DNA from: an uncultured Deinococcaceae bacterium
GTDB lineage: Bacteria; Deinococcota; Deinococci; Deinococcales; Deinococcaceae
Assembly: GCA_964252075.1 (NCBI GenBank)
Contig: CAXULY010000013.1
Span: 32,001 to 96,000 of the forward strand
Direction: 5' to 3'
Length of the DNA stretch: 64,000 nt
Positions 1-10,634 of the stretch are shown here, piece after piece (the first letter of the stretch is position 1; every line of letters starts with the position of its first letter). The notes under the pieces are model-generated. The model was not told the origin of the DNA and did not search any database. It was given only the letters and a program-made list of their open reading frames with translations. The translations under genes were made by a program, and so were the position numbers.

Positions 1-12
1 TTCCTCGCACCA
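1..12 (+). tRNA. 3' end of a tRNA (truncated at window edge), possibly tRNA-Leu
   Basis: The window starts TTCCTCGC-A-CCA, which fits an acceptor-stem 3' strand, discriminator A and CCA. A terminator and tig follow, and a tRNA upstream of tig is a common arrangement. Only 12 nt are visible. Confidence 0.5.
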
Positions 13-36
13 CAAGCCTCGCCAGGCAAAGCGCAC

Positions 37-65
37 AGCGGCCCCACAGCGCGGGCCGCTTTTTT
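37..65 (+). terminator. Rho-independent terminator
   Basis: AGCGGCCC/GGGCCGCT stem followed by a T-run. Confidence 0.7.
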
Positions 66-113
66 GCAGGGCAGACCACCACGGGGCGAGAACAGGGGCG
101 AACGGGAGTCCAT

Positions 114-1529
114 ATGGCAGAAATGATCAGCAGGCAGGGCAACAAAGTGGAGTTCAAGGTCGCCGTCCCCGGCGCCGAGGTGAGCCGCGCCTACGCTCAG
201 GTGTGGAGCGCGCTGTCGCGCGACGTGCGCGTGCCGGGCTTCCGGCCCGGCAAGGCGCCCAAGAGCGTCATCGAGAAGCGCGTGGGCTCAGGGTACGTGG
301 AGAACGAGGTGCGCGACCGCCTCCTGCAGTCGCACTACCCGCAGGCCGTGCGTGAACTGAAGCTGAACCTCGTGGACGCCGAGATCGAACCCGAGAACCT
401 CAAGGACGGCCAGACCTTCGAGTTCCTCGTGAAGGGCGAGACCTACCCTGAAGTGACGCTCGGCGACTGGAAGGCCATCGAGGTGCAGGGCAGCAACCCG
501 GAGATCACGGACGACGTGCTGCAGCGCACCCTGTCGGACCTCCAGGAGCGCAACGCGACCTTCGAGGCCGTGGACCGCCCCATCGAGGCGACCGACATGG
601 TCACCATCCAGGAGGCCCCCAGCGAGGAAGGCGGCGAGCAGGGCGGCAGCTACCCCGTGTACCTGGACGTCGCGGAAGCGCACGTGCGTGACGCGCTCGT
701 CGGCAAGAACAAGGGTGACGAGGTGGAGATCACCGTGCCCGCGCACAGCCACGGCGACCACGAGCACCCCGCGCACACCGTGAAGGTCACCGTGCAGGAC
801 GTGAAGCACAAGCAGCTTCAGGACCTGAACGACGACTTCGCGAAGAGCCTGAACTTCGACACCCTCGACAAGCTCCGCACGGACCTCCGCAGCGAACTCG
901 AGCGCCGCGCGCAGGCGGAAGGCGAGAGCGCGCGCCGCGAGGCCTTCACGCAGGCCCTCGCGGACGGCATGACCGTCGAGATTCCCGAGGCGATGCTGGA
1001 GCGCCGCCGCGAGGCGATGCTCTCGGAGATCAAGGACGACCTCTCCCGCCAGGGCGTGAAGTGGGACGAGTACGAGAAGTTCATGACCGAGCAGGACAAG
1101 CTCGGTGACTTCATGGCGGACCTCGCGAAGAACGCCGAGACCCGCGTGCGCCGCGACCTCGCGCTGGAGAAACTGGCGGAGGAGCAGGGCGTGCAGATCA
1201 GCGACGCGGAGTTCAACGCGGCGCTGAACGCCCTCGCGCAGGCGAACCGCATGAGCCTGCAGGAGCTGCGCAACCAGCTCGGGCCGAACGGCCTGAACGG
1301 CTACTACGCCACGCTGCTGCGCGACCGCGGCCTCACGCAGGCCCTCGCGACCCTCGCGCCCGCCGCGGCGGCCAGCGAGACCAGCGAGGACGCGGGCAGC
1401 GCCGACGCCAGCAGCGAGCCCACCGGGGACGCCAGCGAGGCGCAGGACGCCGAGCCGGCGACCGAGCAGACCGACACCCAGGGTGAGGTCGCCGAGGCCG
1501 CCGAAGGCAAGGACGACGCGCAGGAGTAA
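114..1529 (+). CDS. tig: Trigger factor
   Basis: Ribosome-binding signature VPGFRPGKAP, FKBP-like middle region, acidic tail. Confidence 0.97.
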   Translation: MAEMISRQGNKVEFKVAVPGAEVSRAYAQVWSALSRDVRVPGFRPGKAPKSVIEKRVGSGYVENEVRDRLLQSHYPQAVRELKLNLVDAEIEPENLKDGQTFEFLVKGETYPEVTLGDWKAIEVQGSNPEITDDVLQRTLSDLQERNATFEAVDRPIEATDMVTIQEAPSEEGGEQGGSYPVYLDVAEAHVRDALVGKNKGDEVEITVPAHSHGDHEHPAHTVKVTVQDVKHKQLQDLNDDFAKSLNFDTLDKLRTDLRSELERRAQAEGESARREAFTQALADGMTVEIPEAMLERRREAMLSEIKDDLSRQGVKWDEYEKFMTEQDKLGDFMADLAKNAETRVRRDLALEKLAEEQGVQISDAEFNAALNALAQANRMSLQELRNQLGPNGLNGYYATLLRDRGLTQALATLAPAAAASETSEDAGSADASSEPTGDASEAQDAEPATEQTDTQGEVAEAAEGKDDAQE

Positions 1530-1543
1530 CGCGGCGTGGCACG

Positions 1544-1572
1544 GGGCGGGCGCGAGCAGCGCCCGCCCTTTT
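1544..1572 (+). terminator. Rho-independent terminator after tig
   Basis: GGGCGGGCGC/GCGCCCGCCC stem + TTTT. Confidence 0.75.
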
Positions 1573-1638
1573 GCGTGCCGCGGTGAATTGGAACGCCCGG
1601 GGGGTTGCCGTGCGGCCCGCGCTCTAGAATCGAACGAC

Positions 1639-2892
1639 ATGTCGCTCCTGCGCCCCACCCCCACCCTGCAGCGCCGCCTGCCGGGCGGACTGACCCTGCT
1701 GTTCGAGCGGCGCGAGTCGCCCGGCTTCTCCTTCGAGCTGCGCCTGCCGCTCGGCAGCGCGCACGACCCGCCCGGCGCGGAAGGCACGGCGGGCGTGCTG
1801 GAGGAGTGGCTGTACCGCGGCGCGGGCGATCTGGACGCGCGCGGCCTCGCGGACCGCCTGGACGACCTGGGGTTGCAGCGCGGCGGGGGCCTCGCCGCGG
1901 AGTCCTTCACGCTGGCCGCCAGCGGCCTCGCGGAGGACCTGCCCGCCGCGCTCGCGCTGTACGCGGACATCGCGCGGCGCCCCGCGCTGCCGGACGCGGA
2001 ACTGCCGGTCCTCGTGGACCTCGCGCGCCAGGACCTCGACAGCCTTCTCGACCAGCCCGCCGAGCGCGCCGCGCTCGCGCTGCGCGCCCTCGCCTTCGGC
2101 GGCGGGAGCCCCATCGGCGCTGGGTACGGGCACGCGGTGAGCGGCACGCTGGAGGGCCTCGCGCGCGTGACGCCGGACGGCGCGCGCGCCCTGTACCGGC
2201 GCTTCACGCCACTCGGCGCAAGCCTCGCGGTGGTCGGCCCGACCGACGCCGAGCGCGCCCTCGCCGCCGCCGAGGCGGCCTTCGGGGACTGGGTGGGGGA
2301 GGCGCTGCCCGCCGTGCCGCTGCACTTCCAGGCGGGCCTGAGCCGCCACATCGAGGCGGACAGCGCCCAGACGCACATGGCGCTCGTGCAGCGCGGCCCC
2401 GACCCGCGCGGCCCGCACTGGCTGGCGTGGCAGCTCGCGCTGGTGGCGCTCTCGGGCGGCAGCGCGAGTCGCCTCTTTCACGCGGTGCGTGAGGAGCGCG
2501 GTCTCGCGTACAGCGTGGGCGCCGTGCCGCAGGTGCTGGGCGGGCAGGGCTTCCTGCACGCCTACGCGGGCACCACGCCCGAGCGCGCCGCGGAGACCCT
2601 GGCGGTCCTGCGGGCGGAACTCACGCGCCTGCGCCTGGGCCTCAGTGCGGCCGAGTTCGAGCGCGCCCGCGAGGGCCTGCTGGGCGCCGTGGTGTTCGGC
2701 GCGGAGAGCGCGCGCGCCCGCGCGGGCGCCCTGAACCGCGATCTCGCGCTGCTGGGGCACACGCGCGCCCCCACAGACCTGCGCGCGGACGTGGAGGCCC
2801 TCACGCTGGAGGGCGTGAACGCCTTTCTCGTGGACTTCGACCCGGGCGAGCCCAGTCAGGTCACGCTGGGACCGGAGGGCCTGCATGCCTGA
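1639..2892 (+). CDS. M16 peptidase family, non-catalytic-type subunit
   Basis: M16 fold motifs (SRLFHAVREERGLAY); HXXEH is degenerate (GVLEE). ATG at 1639 is preceded by TAGAAT (-10). Confidence 0.88.
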   Translation: MSLLRPTPTLQRRLPGGLTLLFERRESPGFSFELRLPLGSAHDPPGAEGTAGVLEEWLYRGAGDLDARGLADRLDDLGLQRGGGLAAESFTLAASGLAEDLPAALALYADIARRPALPDAELPVLVDLARQDLDSLLDQPAERAALALRALAFGGGSPIGAGYGHAVSGTLEGLARVTPDGARALYRRFTPLGASLAVVGPTDAERALAAAEAAFGDWVGEALPAVPLHFQAGLSRHIEADSAQTHMALVQRGPDPRGPHWLAWQLALVALSGGSASRLFHAVREERGLAYSVGAVPQVLGGQGFLHAYAGTTPERAAETLAVLRAELTRLRLGLSAAEFERAREGLLGAVVFGAESARARAGALNRDLALLGHTRAPTDLRADVEALTLEGVNAFLVDFDPGEPSQVTLGPEGLHA

Positions 2893-4102
2893 GCTGGTCC
2901 TCACGCGCACCCTCGGGAACGGCCTGCGGCTGGTGCTGGCGCCCGACGCGCAGGCGCAGACGGTGGCGCTCGGCTTCTTCGTGAACACCGGCGCGCGCGA
3001 CGAGGCGCCCGCCCAGCTGGGCGCCTCGCACTTCCTGGAGCACCTGATGTTCAAGGGCAGCGACGCGCTCAGCGCCGCCGAGCTGAACGAACGCCTGGAC
3101 AGCCTGGGCGGGCACGTGAACGCCTTCACGGGCGAGGAGGTCACGGTCTACCACGCCGCCGCCCTGCCGGAACGCGCGCCCGAACTGCTCGCGACCCTCG
3201 CGGAACTCATGCGCCCCGCCCTGCGCGAGGAGGACGTGGAGGTGGAGCGCGGCGTGATCCTCGAGGAGATCGCCATGTACGCCGACGACCCCGCATCGCG
3301 CGTCTTCGACCTCGCGCGCGCCGCGTACTGGGACGGCCACCCGCTCGGTCAGCTGGTGCTCGGCACGCCCGACACCGTCGGTGCGCTGCGCGCCGCGGAC
3401 CTCCGCGCGGCCCTCGGCACGCGCTACGGCACCGCCCGCACGCTGCTCGTCGCGAGCGGCGCGCTGGACGCCACGGCCCTCGCCGCGCAGGCGGAGGCGC
3501 TCACCGCGCACTGGCCGCGCGGCGGCTTCACGCGCGCGCACCCGCCGCACCACCCCCAGGCGCGCGAACTGCGCGTGCAGGACGCCCGCCTGGGCCGCAC
3601 GCAGTTCGCCCTCATCGCGCCCGGCGTGTCCGTCACGGACGCGCGGCGCGAGGCGGCCGCCGTGCTCGCCGAGGTTGTGGGCGGCGAGAACGGGCGCCTG
3701 TACTGGTCGCTGATCGAGCCGGGCCTCGCGGACAGCGCGGACCTCACGCACAACGACTTCGACGAGACCGGCAGCTTCGAGGGGGGCTGGAGCTGCGACC
3801 CGGAGCGCGCGGCGGGCAGCCTGCGCGTGGTGCGCGCCCTGCTCGACGACCTGCAGGGCCGCGGCGTGACGGCGGCGGAGGTGGCGCGCGCGCAGCGCAA
3901 ATTGGCGGTCGCCACGCTGCTGCGCGAGGAAACCCCCTACGGGCGGCTCTTCGACCTGGGCGAGACCGCCCTGAGTTTCGGCGAGCCGCTCACGGTGGAG
4001 GCGCAGGTGGCGCGCCTGCGCGGCGTCACGCCCGAGGAGGTGAACGCCCTGCTGGCCGCGCGGCCCTTCGACCGCGCCACGCTCGCGCAGCTGGGGCCGT
4101 AA
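2885..4102 (+). CDS. M16 zinc peptidase, catalytic subunit
   Basis: GASHFLEHLMFKG (HXXEH), NAFT, ERGVILEEI; overlaps the upstream gene. Confidence 0.93.
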   Translation: MPELVLTRTLGNGLRLVLAPDAQAQTVALGFFVNTGARDEAPAQLGASHFLEHLMFKGSDALSAAELNERLDSLGGHVNAFTGEEVTVYHAAALPERAPELLATLAELMRPALREEDVEVERGVILEEIAMYADDPASRVFDLARAAYWDGHPLGQLVLGTPDTVGALRAADLRAALGTRYGTARTLLVASGALDATALAAQAEALTAHWPRGGFTRAHPPHHPQARELRVQDARLGRTQFALIAPGVSVTDARREAAAVLAEVVGGENGRLYWSLIEPGLADSADLTHNDFDETGSFEGGWSCDPERAAGSLRVVRALLDDLQGRGVTAAEVARAQRKLAVATLLREETPYGRLFDLGETALSFGEPLTVEAQVARLRGVTPEEVNALLAARPFDRATLAQLGP

Positions 4103-4106
4103 CGCC

Positions 4107-5084
4107 TCAGCGCGGCGTGCCGAAGGTCTGCGCCCAGTACCGGCCGTTCGGGGAGCCCGCCCGCGCGGCGTACGCCACGCCGATCTCCCGGTAGTCCCCC
4201 ATGATGTTGTGGCAGTGGCCGGGGCTGCGCAGCCACGCGTCCACCACCTCCTGCGGGCTCTGCTGCCCGCCCGCGATGTTCTCCCCGGTGCTCGCGAAGG
4301 TGTACCCGGTGGCGGTCACGCGGTCCTGCGGGGCGCTGCCGTCCACCGGGGAGACGTGCGCGGCGTAGCCGTTGAGGGCCATCAGGGTGGCCTGCGTGCG
4401 CGCCGCGAGTTCCAGTTCGGCGTTCCGCGCGAGCGGCGGGAGGGCCGGCCCGCCGTACGCCTTGAGGGCGCAGTTCCAGCCGCGCGCCCGCGCGGCGTTC
4501 GTGAGACGCAGCACCTCCAGCTCGAACGGCACGCTGGTCTGCACGGGCCCCAGGAACACCCTGAAGTCGCGCGTGAGCGGGCCCGAGCGGCCCGCGAGGC
4601 CCAGGTGCACGGTGTGCCAGCCGGGCGTGGGCGCCACGGGGCTGGCGGTGGGTCGCCCGTCCAGCGCCCAGGTCGGCCGGGGCGGCGCGTACACCCGTGA
4701 CGCGGCGGCGCTCAGCCACACGCGCGCGCCGTCCGTGAGCAGCACCGCGCGCGCCTGCTCCGGCCCGGCGTCCCGCACCTCGACCTGCAGCACGCTGCTG
4801 GACGTGCCGAGCGCCGTCGTGACCTGCGCCCGCACGCGGTACTGCCCCGGCGCGTAGAAGGTGTGCGCGGCGCGCGCGCCCTGCGCGCTCACGCCGTCCC
4901 CGAAGTCCCACGCCACGCGCGCGCCCGCCGGGACCCTCGCCTCGAACTCCGCCGCGAGCGGCGCGAGGCGGTCCTCCGGGACGCTCGCCTGCACCTGCAC
5001 CGCGCCGAAGTCCGGCGCGCCCAGCGAGTGCGGGGCGAGGGCGGCGAGCAGCAGGGCGGTCAGCGGGGTGAGGGCGCGGCGCAT
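4107..5084 (-). CDS. Secreted PKD + CAP/SCP domain protein
   Basis: Signal peptide, PKD motif WDFGDG...HTF, CAP motifs GENIA and WLRSPGHCHNIM. Confidence 0.88.
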   Translation of the reverse strand: MRRALTPLTALLLAALAPHSLGAPDFGAVQVQASVPEDRLAPLAAEFEARVPAGARVAWDFGDGVSAQGARAAHTFYAPGQYRVRAQVTTALGTSSSVLQVEVRDAGPEQARAVLLTDGARVWLSAAASRVYAPPRPTWALDGRPTASPVAPTPGWHTVHLGLAGRSGPLTRDFRVFLGPVQTSVPFELEVLRLTNAARARGWNCALKAYGGPALPPLARNAELELAARTQATLMALNGYAAHVSPVDGSAPQDRVTATGYTFASTGENIAGGQQSPQEVVDAWLRSPGHCHNIMGDYREIGVAYAARAGSPNGRYWAQTFGTPR

Positions 5085-5129
5085 CACGGCCCTCAGGCTA
5101 GCGCGGGCGCGCCAGTGTGGCCCCCTCAC

Positions 5130-5158
5130 TTGACCGCTCCCAGCGCGGCGCGTAGGGT
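5130..5158 (+). promoter_or_regulatory. Sigma70-type promoter of the B12 operon
   Basis: TTGACC-N17-TAGGGT directly before the riboswitch. Confidence 0.6.
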
Positions 5159-5159
5159 G

Positions 5160-5312
5160 GAGTCCGACGAGGCGCGGGGGAAGTCCGGTGGGAATCCGGC
5201 ACTGTCGCGCAACGGTGAGCCGCCCGGCGCGTCCGGCGTGGCGAGTCCGAACACCCGCCCCGTCGGGCCAGCCGCACGCTGGCCCGGTCACGACCCCTCG
5301 CGGAAAGGGGGA
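5160..5312 (+). ncRNA. Cobalamin riboswitch (short form)
   Basis: GGGAAGTCCGGTGGGAATCCGGCACTGTCGCGCAACGGT core and B12-box-like GAGTCCGAACACCCGCC, upstream of B12 transport/salvage genes; boundaries approximate. Confidence 0.92.
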
Positions 5313-5335
5313 CGCCCAGCCGCACTGGTCGCGCC

Positions 5336-5367
5336 ACACCTCCGCCCATCGGGCGGAGGTGTTTTTT
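5336..5367 (+). terminator. Attenuator terminator of the cobalamin riboswitch leader
   Basis: ACACCTCCGCCC/GGGCGGAGGTGT 12-bp stem + T-run, upstream of the first CDS. Confidence 0.85.
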
Positions 5368-5389
5368 CGCGGGGGAGAAGGAAGCACCC

Positions 5390-6256
5390 ATGAACCGCCT
5401 TCTGACCCTGGCCCTCACGGGCGCCGCCCTGAGCGGCGCGGCCCTCGCCACGCAGTACCCCCTCACCCTCAAGGACGACCTGGGCCGCAGCGTGACCTTC
5501 AGCGCGGAACCCACCCGCATCGTGAGCGCGCTCCCCAGCAGCACTGAGACCCTGTGCGCGATCGGCGCGTGCAGCAAACTCGTCGGCATCGACGCGTACA
5601 GCGATTACCCGCCGCAGGCCGCGAAGCTCCCGAAGGTCGCGGACCTCTTCACCCCGAATGTGGAAGCGATCGTGGCGCTCAAGCCGGACCTCGTGCTGAT
5701 CAGCAAGTACGGGAAGCTGGGAGACGCCCTGAACGCCGTGGGCATCCGCACCTTCGCGCTGAACCCCGAGACCTACGACGAGGTCTTCACGAAGAGCCGC
5801 ACGCTCGGGCGCCTCGTGAACCGCGAGGCGCAAGCCCGGCAGCTGGAAATCCAGATGCGGCGCGACATCGCTAAAGTCGAGATCCTCACGAAGAACGCCC
5901 GCAAGGTCAGCACCTACCTGGAGATTGACCCCACGCCGTACACGGTCGGGCCGAACAGCTTCATGGGCGTGATGCTCACCAAGGCGGGCGCGCAGAACAT
6001 CATTCCCGCGCGACTCGGGGACTTCCCGCAGATCAGCCCGGAACTGGTGGTGCAGCAGAACCCTGCACTGATCCTCGGCGTGGACGCCGACACCGCCCGC
6101 AAGCGTCCCGGCTGGGCGAGCATCGCCGCCGTGAAGGCGGGCCGCGTGATGAAACTCCCGGGCGCCCTGGATACCATCCTGTCCCGGCCGGGGCCGCGCC
6201 TCCCGCAGGCGCTGCTGGGCCTCGCGCGGCTCGTGCACCCCGAACTCTTCAAGTGA
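5390..6256 (+). CDS. btuF: Cobalamin ABC transporter substrate-binding protein (BtuF-like)
   Basis: Signal peptide, RIVSALPSSTE, RPGPRL; under the B12 riboswitch. Confidence 0.88.
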   Translation: MNRLLTLALTGAALSGAALATQYPLTLKDDLGRSVTFSAEPTRIVSALPSSTETLCAIGACSKLVGIDAYSDYPPQAAKLPKVADLFTPNVEAIVALKPDLVLISKYGKLGDALNAVGIRTFALNPETYDEVFTKSRTLGRLVNREAQARQLEIQMRRDIAKVEILTKNARKVSTYLEIDPTPYTVGPNSFMGVMLTKAGAQNIIPARLGDFPQISPELVVQQNPALILGVDADTARKRPGWASIAAVKAGRVMKLPGALDTILSRPGPRLPQALLGLARLVHPELFK

Positions 6257-6266
6257 GCCGCGCCGC

Positions 6267-7301
6267 GTGAGTGACACCCGCCCCGCCGCGCCCGCGCGCG
6301 CCCTCACCCGCCCACGCTGGCGGGTGGGCCGCACCGCCGCGCTGCTCGCCCTGACGCTCGTGAGCCTGCTGCTCGCCTGCGCGCTCGGCAGCGTGAACAT
6401 CCCCGCGGCGGACACCGTGCGCGCAGTGTGGCACGGCCTCACGGGGCGGATCGGTGAGGGCAACGACGTGATCGTGTGGCAGCTGCGCCTGCCGCGCGCC
6501 GCGCTGGGTTTTCTGGTCGGCGCGAGCCTCGCGGCGTGCGGCGGGGCGTACCAGGGCGTGTTCCGCAACCCGCTCGCGGACCCGTACCTGATGGGCGTTG
6601 CGAGCGGCGCGGCCTTCGGCGCGACGCTCGCGCTCGTGGCGGGCTGGCCCGCCGCGTGGCTCCCCGTGTGCGCCATGGCGGGCGCCCTGGCGAGCGTCTT
6701 CGCGACCCTGGCGCTCGCGCGCAGTGGCGCGCGCTTCCCCGTGAACCGCCTGATCCTCGCGGGCGTCGTGGTGGGCAGCGTCCTGACGGCGGCGGGCACG
6801 TACCTGATGCTGCGCGGCGAGGACCGCACCCGGCAGGTCCTCGCGTACACCCTCGGGAACCTCGCGTTCAGCGGCTGGAGCGCCGTGCTGACCGTACTGC
6901 CCTACGCCGTGGTGGGCGTGGGCCTGCTGCTGCTGCTCGCGCGCGCCCTGAACACCCTGCAGCTCGGGGACCTCACCGCGCGCAGCCTGGGCCTCCCCGT
7001 GGAGCGCCTGCGCCTCATGGTGGTGATCGCGTCGAGCCTCGCGACGGCCGCCGCCGTGAGTTACGCGGGCATCATCGGCTTCGTGGGACTCCTCACGCCG
7101 CACGTGGTGCGGCGGTTGTGGGGCGGCGACCACAGGGTGCTGCTGCCGGTGTCCATGCTGGCGGGCGGCACGCTGCTGGTCCTCAGCGACCTGCTGGCGC
7201 GCACCCTCACGCGCCCCACGGAACTCCCAGTGGGCGTGGTGACCACGCTGCTGGGCGGGCCGTTCTTCCTGTACCTGCTCAGCCGGAGCAAGAGCGAGTG
7301 A
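6267..7301 (+). CDS. btuC: FecCD/BtuC-family permease
   Basis: LRLPR, FRNPLADPY, GIIGFVGL, ELPVGVVT motifs. Confidence 0.9.
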   Translation: MSDTRPAAPARALTRPRWRVGRTAALLALTLVSLLLACALGSVNIPAADTVRAVWHGLTGRIGEGNDVIVWQLRLPRAALGFLVGASLAACGGAYQGVFRNPLADPYLMGVASGAAFGATLALVAGWPAAWLPVCAMAGALASVFATLALARSGARFPVNRLILAGVVVGSVLTAAGTYLMLRGEDRTRQVLAYTLGNLAFSGWSAVLTVLPYAVVGVGLLLLLARALNTLQLGDLTARSLGLPVERLRLMVVIASSLATAAAVSYAGIIGFVGLLTPHVVRRLWGGDHRVLLPVSMLAGGTLLVLSDLLARTLTRPTELPVGVVTTLLGGPFFLYLLSRSKSE

Positions 7302-8110
7302 GCGCCGCGCCCGCCCTCACCCCGGACGCCGCACTGGAGGCGCGCGACCTCAGCGTGCGGCTGGGTCAGACGCGCGTGCTGGACGCCGTGAGCGCCCGCT
7401 TTGTGCGCGGGCAGCTGACGGTCATCCTGGGCCCCAACGGCGCGGGCAAGAGCACGCTGCTGCGCGCCCTGCTGGGCCTCACGCCCCCCACGGCGGGCGA
7501 GGTGCACCTGGATGGGCGACCCCTCAGCGCTTGGGGCCGGGCGGAGCGCGCGCGGCGCCTCTCGTACCTCGGGCAGGGCGAGCCGCTCCCCGAGGACGCC
7601 ACGGTGCGCGACACCGCCGCGCTCGGGCGGGGCGTGCACCGCTGGCTGTGGGGCCTGCTGCCCAACCCGCTCGGCGCGCCGGACGCGGGCGCGGACCTCG
7701 CCGTGAAGCGCGCCCTCGCGCGCACCGACACCCTGCGCCTCGCGGAGCGCCGCGTGGGGCAGCTGTCCGGCGGGGAGCGGCAGCGCGTGGGCCTCGCGCG
7801 CGCCCTCGCGGGCGAACCAGACTACCTGCTGCTGGACGAACCCACCAACCACCTCGACGTGGGCTACGGCCTGGACCTGCTGCGCCTCCTGCGCGCGGAA
7901 GCCCAGGGCGGCCTGGGTGTCGTGGCGGTCCTGCACGACCTGAACCTCGCCGCGCGCGCCGACCACCTGCTGCTGCTGCACGCGGGCCAGGTGCTCGCGG
8001 AAGGCCCACCGCACGCCGTCCTGACGCCCGAACACCTGCTCACCGCCTACGGCCTGCGCGCCAGCCTCCTCACGGTCGGCGCGCGACTGGTCGTGGTGCC
8101 GGAGGACTGA
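7298..8110 (+). CDS. btuD: ABC ATP-binding protein (BtuD/FepC-like)
   Basis: [26 protein letters not shown] overlap with the permease. Confidence 0.9.
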   Translation: MSAAPALTPDAALEARDLSVRLGQTRVLDAVSARFVRGQLTVILGPNGAGKSTLLRALLGLTPPTAGEVHLDGRPLSAWGRAERARRLSYLGQGEPLPEDATVRDTAALGRGVHRWLWGLLPNPLGAPDAGADLAVKRALARTDTLRLAERRVGQLSGGERQRVGLARALAGEPDYLLLDEPTNHLDVGYGLDLLRLLRAEAQGGLGVVAVLHDLNLAARADHLLLLHAGQVLAEGPPHAVLTPEHLLTAYGLRASLLTVGARLVVVPED

Positions 8111-8111
8111 C

Positions 8112-8723
8112 ATGACCGAAGACACCCAGCGCCGCGCCGCGGCCACCCAGGAACTCGAGGCGCAGCGCGCCCGCCACCAGAAGACCGAGGGGCCCAGCGG
8201 CGCGCGCCGCCGTGGCCTCGTCATCGTGAACACCGGGCACGGCAAGGGCAAGACGACCGCCGCGCTCGGCCTGATGCTGCGCGCCAGCGGGCGCGGCCTG
8301 AAGGTGCGGCTCTACCAGTTCATCAAGCACGAACGCGCGAAGTTCGGGGAGCACCGCAGCCTCGACGCGCTCGGGCTCACGTACCAGGGCCTCGGGGACG
8401 GCTTCACGTGGCGCTCCCGGGACCTGGACGGCTCCGCCGCCATGGCGCTCGCGGGCTGGCACGAGGCGCGGGACGCCATCCTGAGCGGCGCGTGGGACAT
8501 GGTGGTGCTGGACGAGTTCACGTACGCCCTGACGTTCGGGTGGGTGCCGTGGAGCGAGGTGGAGGAGACCCTGCGCGCCCGCGACCCGAAGGTGCACGTG
8601 ATCATCACGGGCCGCAACGCCCTGCCGGAACTCGTGGCGCTCGCGGACACCGTCACCGAGATGCAGCCCGTGAAGCACGCGTACAGCGCGGGCATCGCCG
8701 CGCAGGCGGGCATCGAGCATTGA
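8112..8723 (+). CDS. cobO: Cob(I)yrinic acid a,c-diamide adenosyltransferase
   Basis: [27 protein letters not shown]. Confidence 0.95.
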   Translation: MTEDTQRRAAATQELEAQRARHQKTEGPSGARRRGLVIVNTGHGKGKTTAALGLMLRASGRGLKVRLYQFIKHERAKFGEHRSLDALGLTYQGLGDGFTWRSRDLDGSAAMALAGWHEARDAILSGAWDMVVLDEFTYALTFGWVPWSEVEETLRARDPKVHVIITGRNALPELVALADTVTEMQPVKHAYSAGIAAQAGIEH

Positions 8724-9616
8724 CGGCGCGTGCCTGCACCGCATTAGCCGCGCTCGCCCTGGACCTCACGCTGGGCGAGCCGCCCACCCCCCTGCACCCC
8801 GTGGTGGGCATGGGGCGCTATCTGCGCTGGGCGCGCGCCCGCTGGCGCGGCACCACACCCGGAGCGCAGCTGCTGGAGGGCGGCGCCGCGTGGGTGCTCG
8901 GTGCAGCCGGGAGCGCGCTCGTGGGGGCGCTAGCAGCGCGCGCGCCGTGGTGGGGGCAGGCGCTGGCCCTCAAGCCGCTGCTGTCCGCGCGCGCGCTGTT
9001 CGCCGCGGTGCGCGCGGTGGAGGCCCCCCTGCTGCGCGGTGACCTGCCGGAGGCGCGGCGCCTGCTGGCGTGGCACCTCGTGAGCCGCCCCACCCACGAC
9101 CTGAGCGCCCCCGAGGTCGCGGCCGCCGCCATCGAGAGCCTCTTCGAGAACCTCTCGGACTCCGTGGTGGCGCCGCTCCTCGCGCACCAGCTGGGCGGCC
9201 TGCCGCTCGCGGCGCTGTACCGCTTCGCGAACACCGCGGACGCCACCTGGGGCTACCGCACCCCCGAGCTGGAGTGGCGCGGCAAGGTCGCCGCGCGCGC
9301 CGACGACCTGCTGAACCTGCTGCCCGCGCGCCTCACGGCGCTGCTGGTGGTGGCCGCCGCGCACGCGGGCTTCGACGGGCGGGGCGCGTGGCGCACCCTG
9401 CGCCGGGACGCGCGCCGCACCGCGTCCCCCAACGCGGGCTGGCCCATGGCCGCCGCGGCGGGCGCACTCGGCGTGCGCCTCACCAAGCGCGGGCACTACA
9501 CGCTCGGCGCGGGCCGCGAGGCGCGCGCGCAGGACCTCGCGCGCGCGCGCAGGCTGGCGGGCGCCGCCCTCGCGCTCGGCGCGGCGGCGCTGCTGCTCGG
9601 GGGCGGGCGTGCCTGA
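8720..9616 (+). CDS. cbiB: Adenosylcobinamide-phosphate synthase CbiB (CobD)
   Basis: [35 protein letters not shown] start overlaps the cobO stop. Confidence 0.92.
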   Translation: MTARACTALAALALDLTLGEPPTPLHPVVGMGRYLRWARARWRGTTPGAQLLEGGAAWVLGAAGSALVGALAARAPWWGQALALKPLLSARALFAAVRAVEAPLLRGDLPEARRLLAWHLVSRPTHDLSAPEVAAAAIESLFENLSDSVVAPLLAHQLGGLPLAALYRFANTADATWGYRTPELEWRGKVAARADDLLNLLPARLTALLVVAAAHAGFDGRGAWRTLRRDARRTASPNAGWPMAAAAGALGVRLTKRGHYTLGAGREARAQDLARARRLAGAALALGAAALLLGGGRA

Positions 9617-10634
9617 GCCGCTGCACCCCCAGGTGCCGCGCGCGCCGCACGGCGGGCCCGGCGCGCGGCCCTTCGCGGGCCTGGACTTCAGCGTGAACAG
9701 CAACCCCTTCGGGCCGAACCCCCAACTGGTGAGCGCCGCGCGGCACGCGGACCCCGGCGCGTACCCGGACGCCACCCTCACCGCCCTGCGCCGCACCCTG
9801 GCGGACCTGCACGCGGCGCGCCCGGACGCGGTGGTGCCCGCCGTGGGCGCGTCGGAACTGCTGCACCGCGTGGCGCGCGCGTACCTGCGGCCCGGCGCGC
9901 GCGCCCTCACGCTCGGCCCGGCCTTCGGAGAGTTCGCGCGCGCGGTGGCCCTGCAGGGCGCGCACCTGGACAGGCTGGACCCCGCGCGTCCGCGCGACTG
10001 GGCGGCGACGCTCGCCGTGCGGCCCACGCTGGTGTACGTGTCCCGGCCGAACAACCCGCTCGGCACGTCCGTGGACCTCGAAGACCTGCACGCTCTGGCG
10101 GACGCCTGCGCCCACGCAGACGCCCTGCTCATCCTCGACGAGGCGTACCGGCCACTGGTGCCCGACCTGCCCACCCTCCCCATGCACGCCGCCGTGCTGA
10201 CGCTGCACTCGCCCGGCAAGCTGCACGGCGTGGTGGGCCTGCGCCCTGCCTACGCCCTCGCGCCGCCCCAGGTGGCCAATGCCCTGGAGAACCTCGCGCC
10301 CACCTGGCCGCTCCCCTCGCCCGTGGTCGCCACCCTCGCCGCGCTCCCGGACGCGCAGGCCTTCGTGGCGGACACCCTGCCGCGCTGGCAGGCCGCCGCG
10401 CGCGACCTCGCCCGCGACCTCGCGGCGCTCGCCCCCGTCGCGCACCACGGCCCGCCCTTCCTCACGGTGCGGGTGGGGGATGCCGCGCGCGTGAGCGCGG
10501 CCCTCCTGGAACGCGGCCTGCGCGTGCGCGACTGCGCGAGCTACGGGCACCCGGACCTCATCCGCGTCTGTGCCCGCCAGCCGCACGACAACGCCCGCCT
10601 GGTGCGGGCGCTCGCGGAGGTGCAGGGTGGCTAG
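9609..10634 (+). CDS. L-threonine-O-3-phosphate decarboxylase-like PLP enzyme (class I/II aminotransferase)
   Basis: [28 protein letters not shown] (PLP Lys); cob operon context. Confidence 0.85.
   Translation: MPEPLHPQVPRAPHGGPGARPFAGLDFSVNSNPFGPNPQLVSAARHADPGAYPDATLTALRRTLADLHAARPDAVVPAVGASELLHRVARAYLRPGARALTLGPAFGEFARAVALQGAHLDRLDPARPRDWAATLAVRPTLVYVSRPNNPLGTSVDLEDLHALADACAHADALLILDEAYRPLVPDLPTLPMHAAVLTLHSPGKLHGVVGLRPAYALAPPQVANALENLAPTWPLPSPVVATLAALPDAQAFVADTLPRWQAAARDLARDLAALAPVAHHGPPFLTVRVGDAARVSAALLERGLRVRDCASYGHPDLIRVCARQPHDNARLVRALAEVQGG

Noticed and set aside
1639..2892. M16 gene as a pseudogene because HXXEH is missing
   Set aside because: Inactive + active M16 pairs are a well-known heterodimer arrangement, and the ORF is intact.
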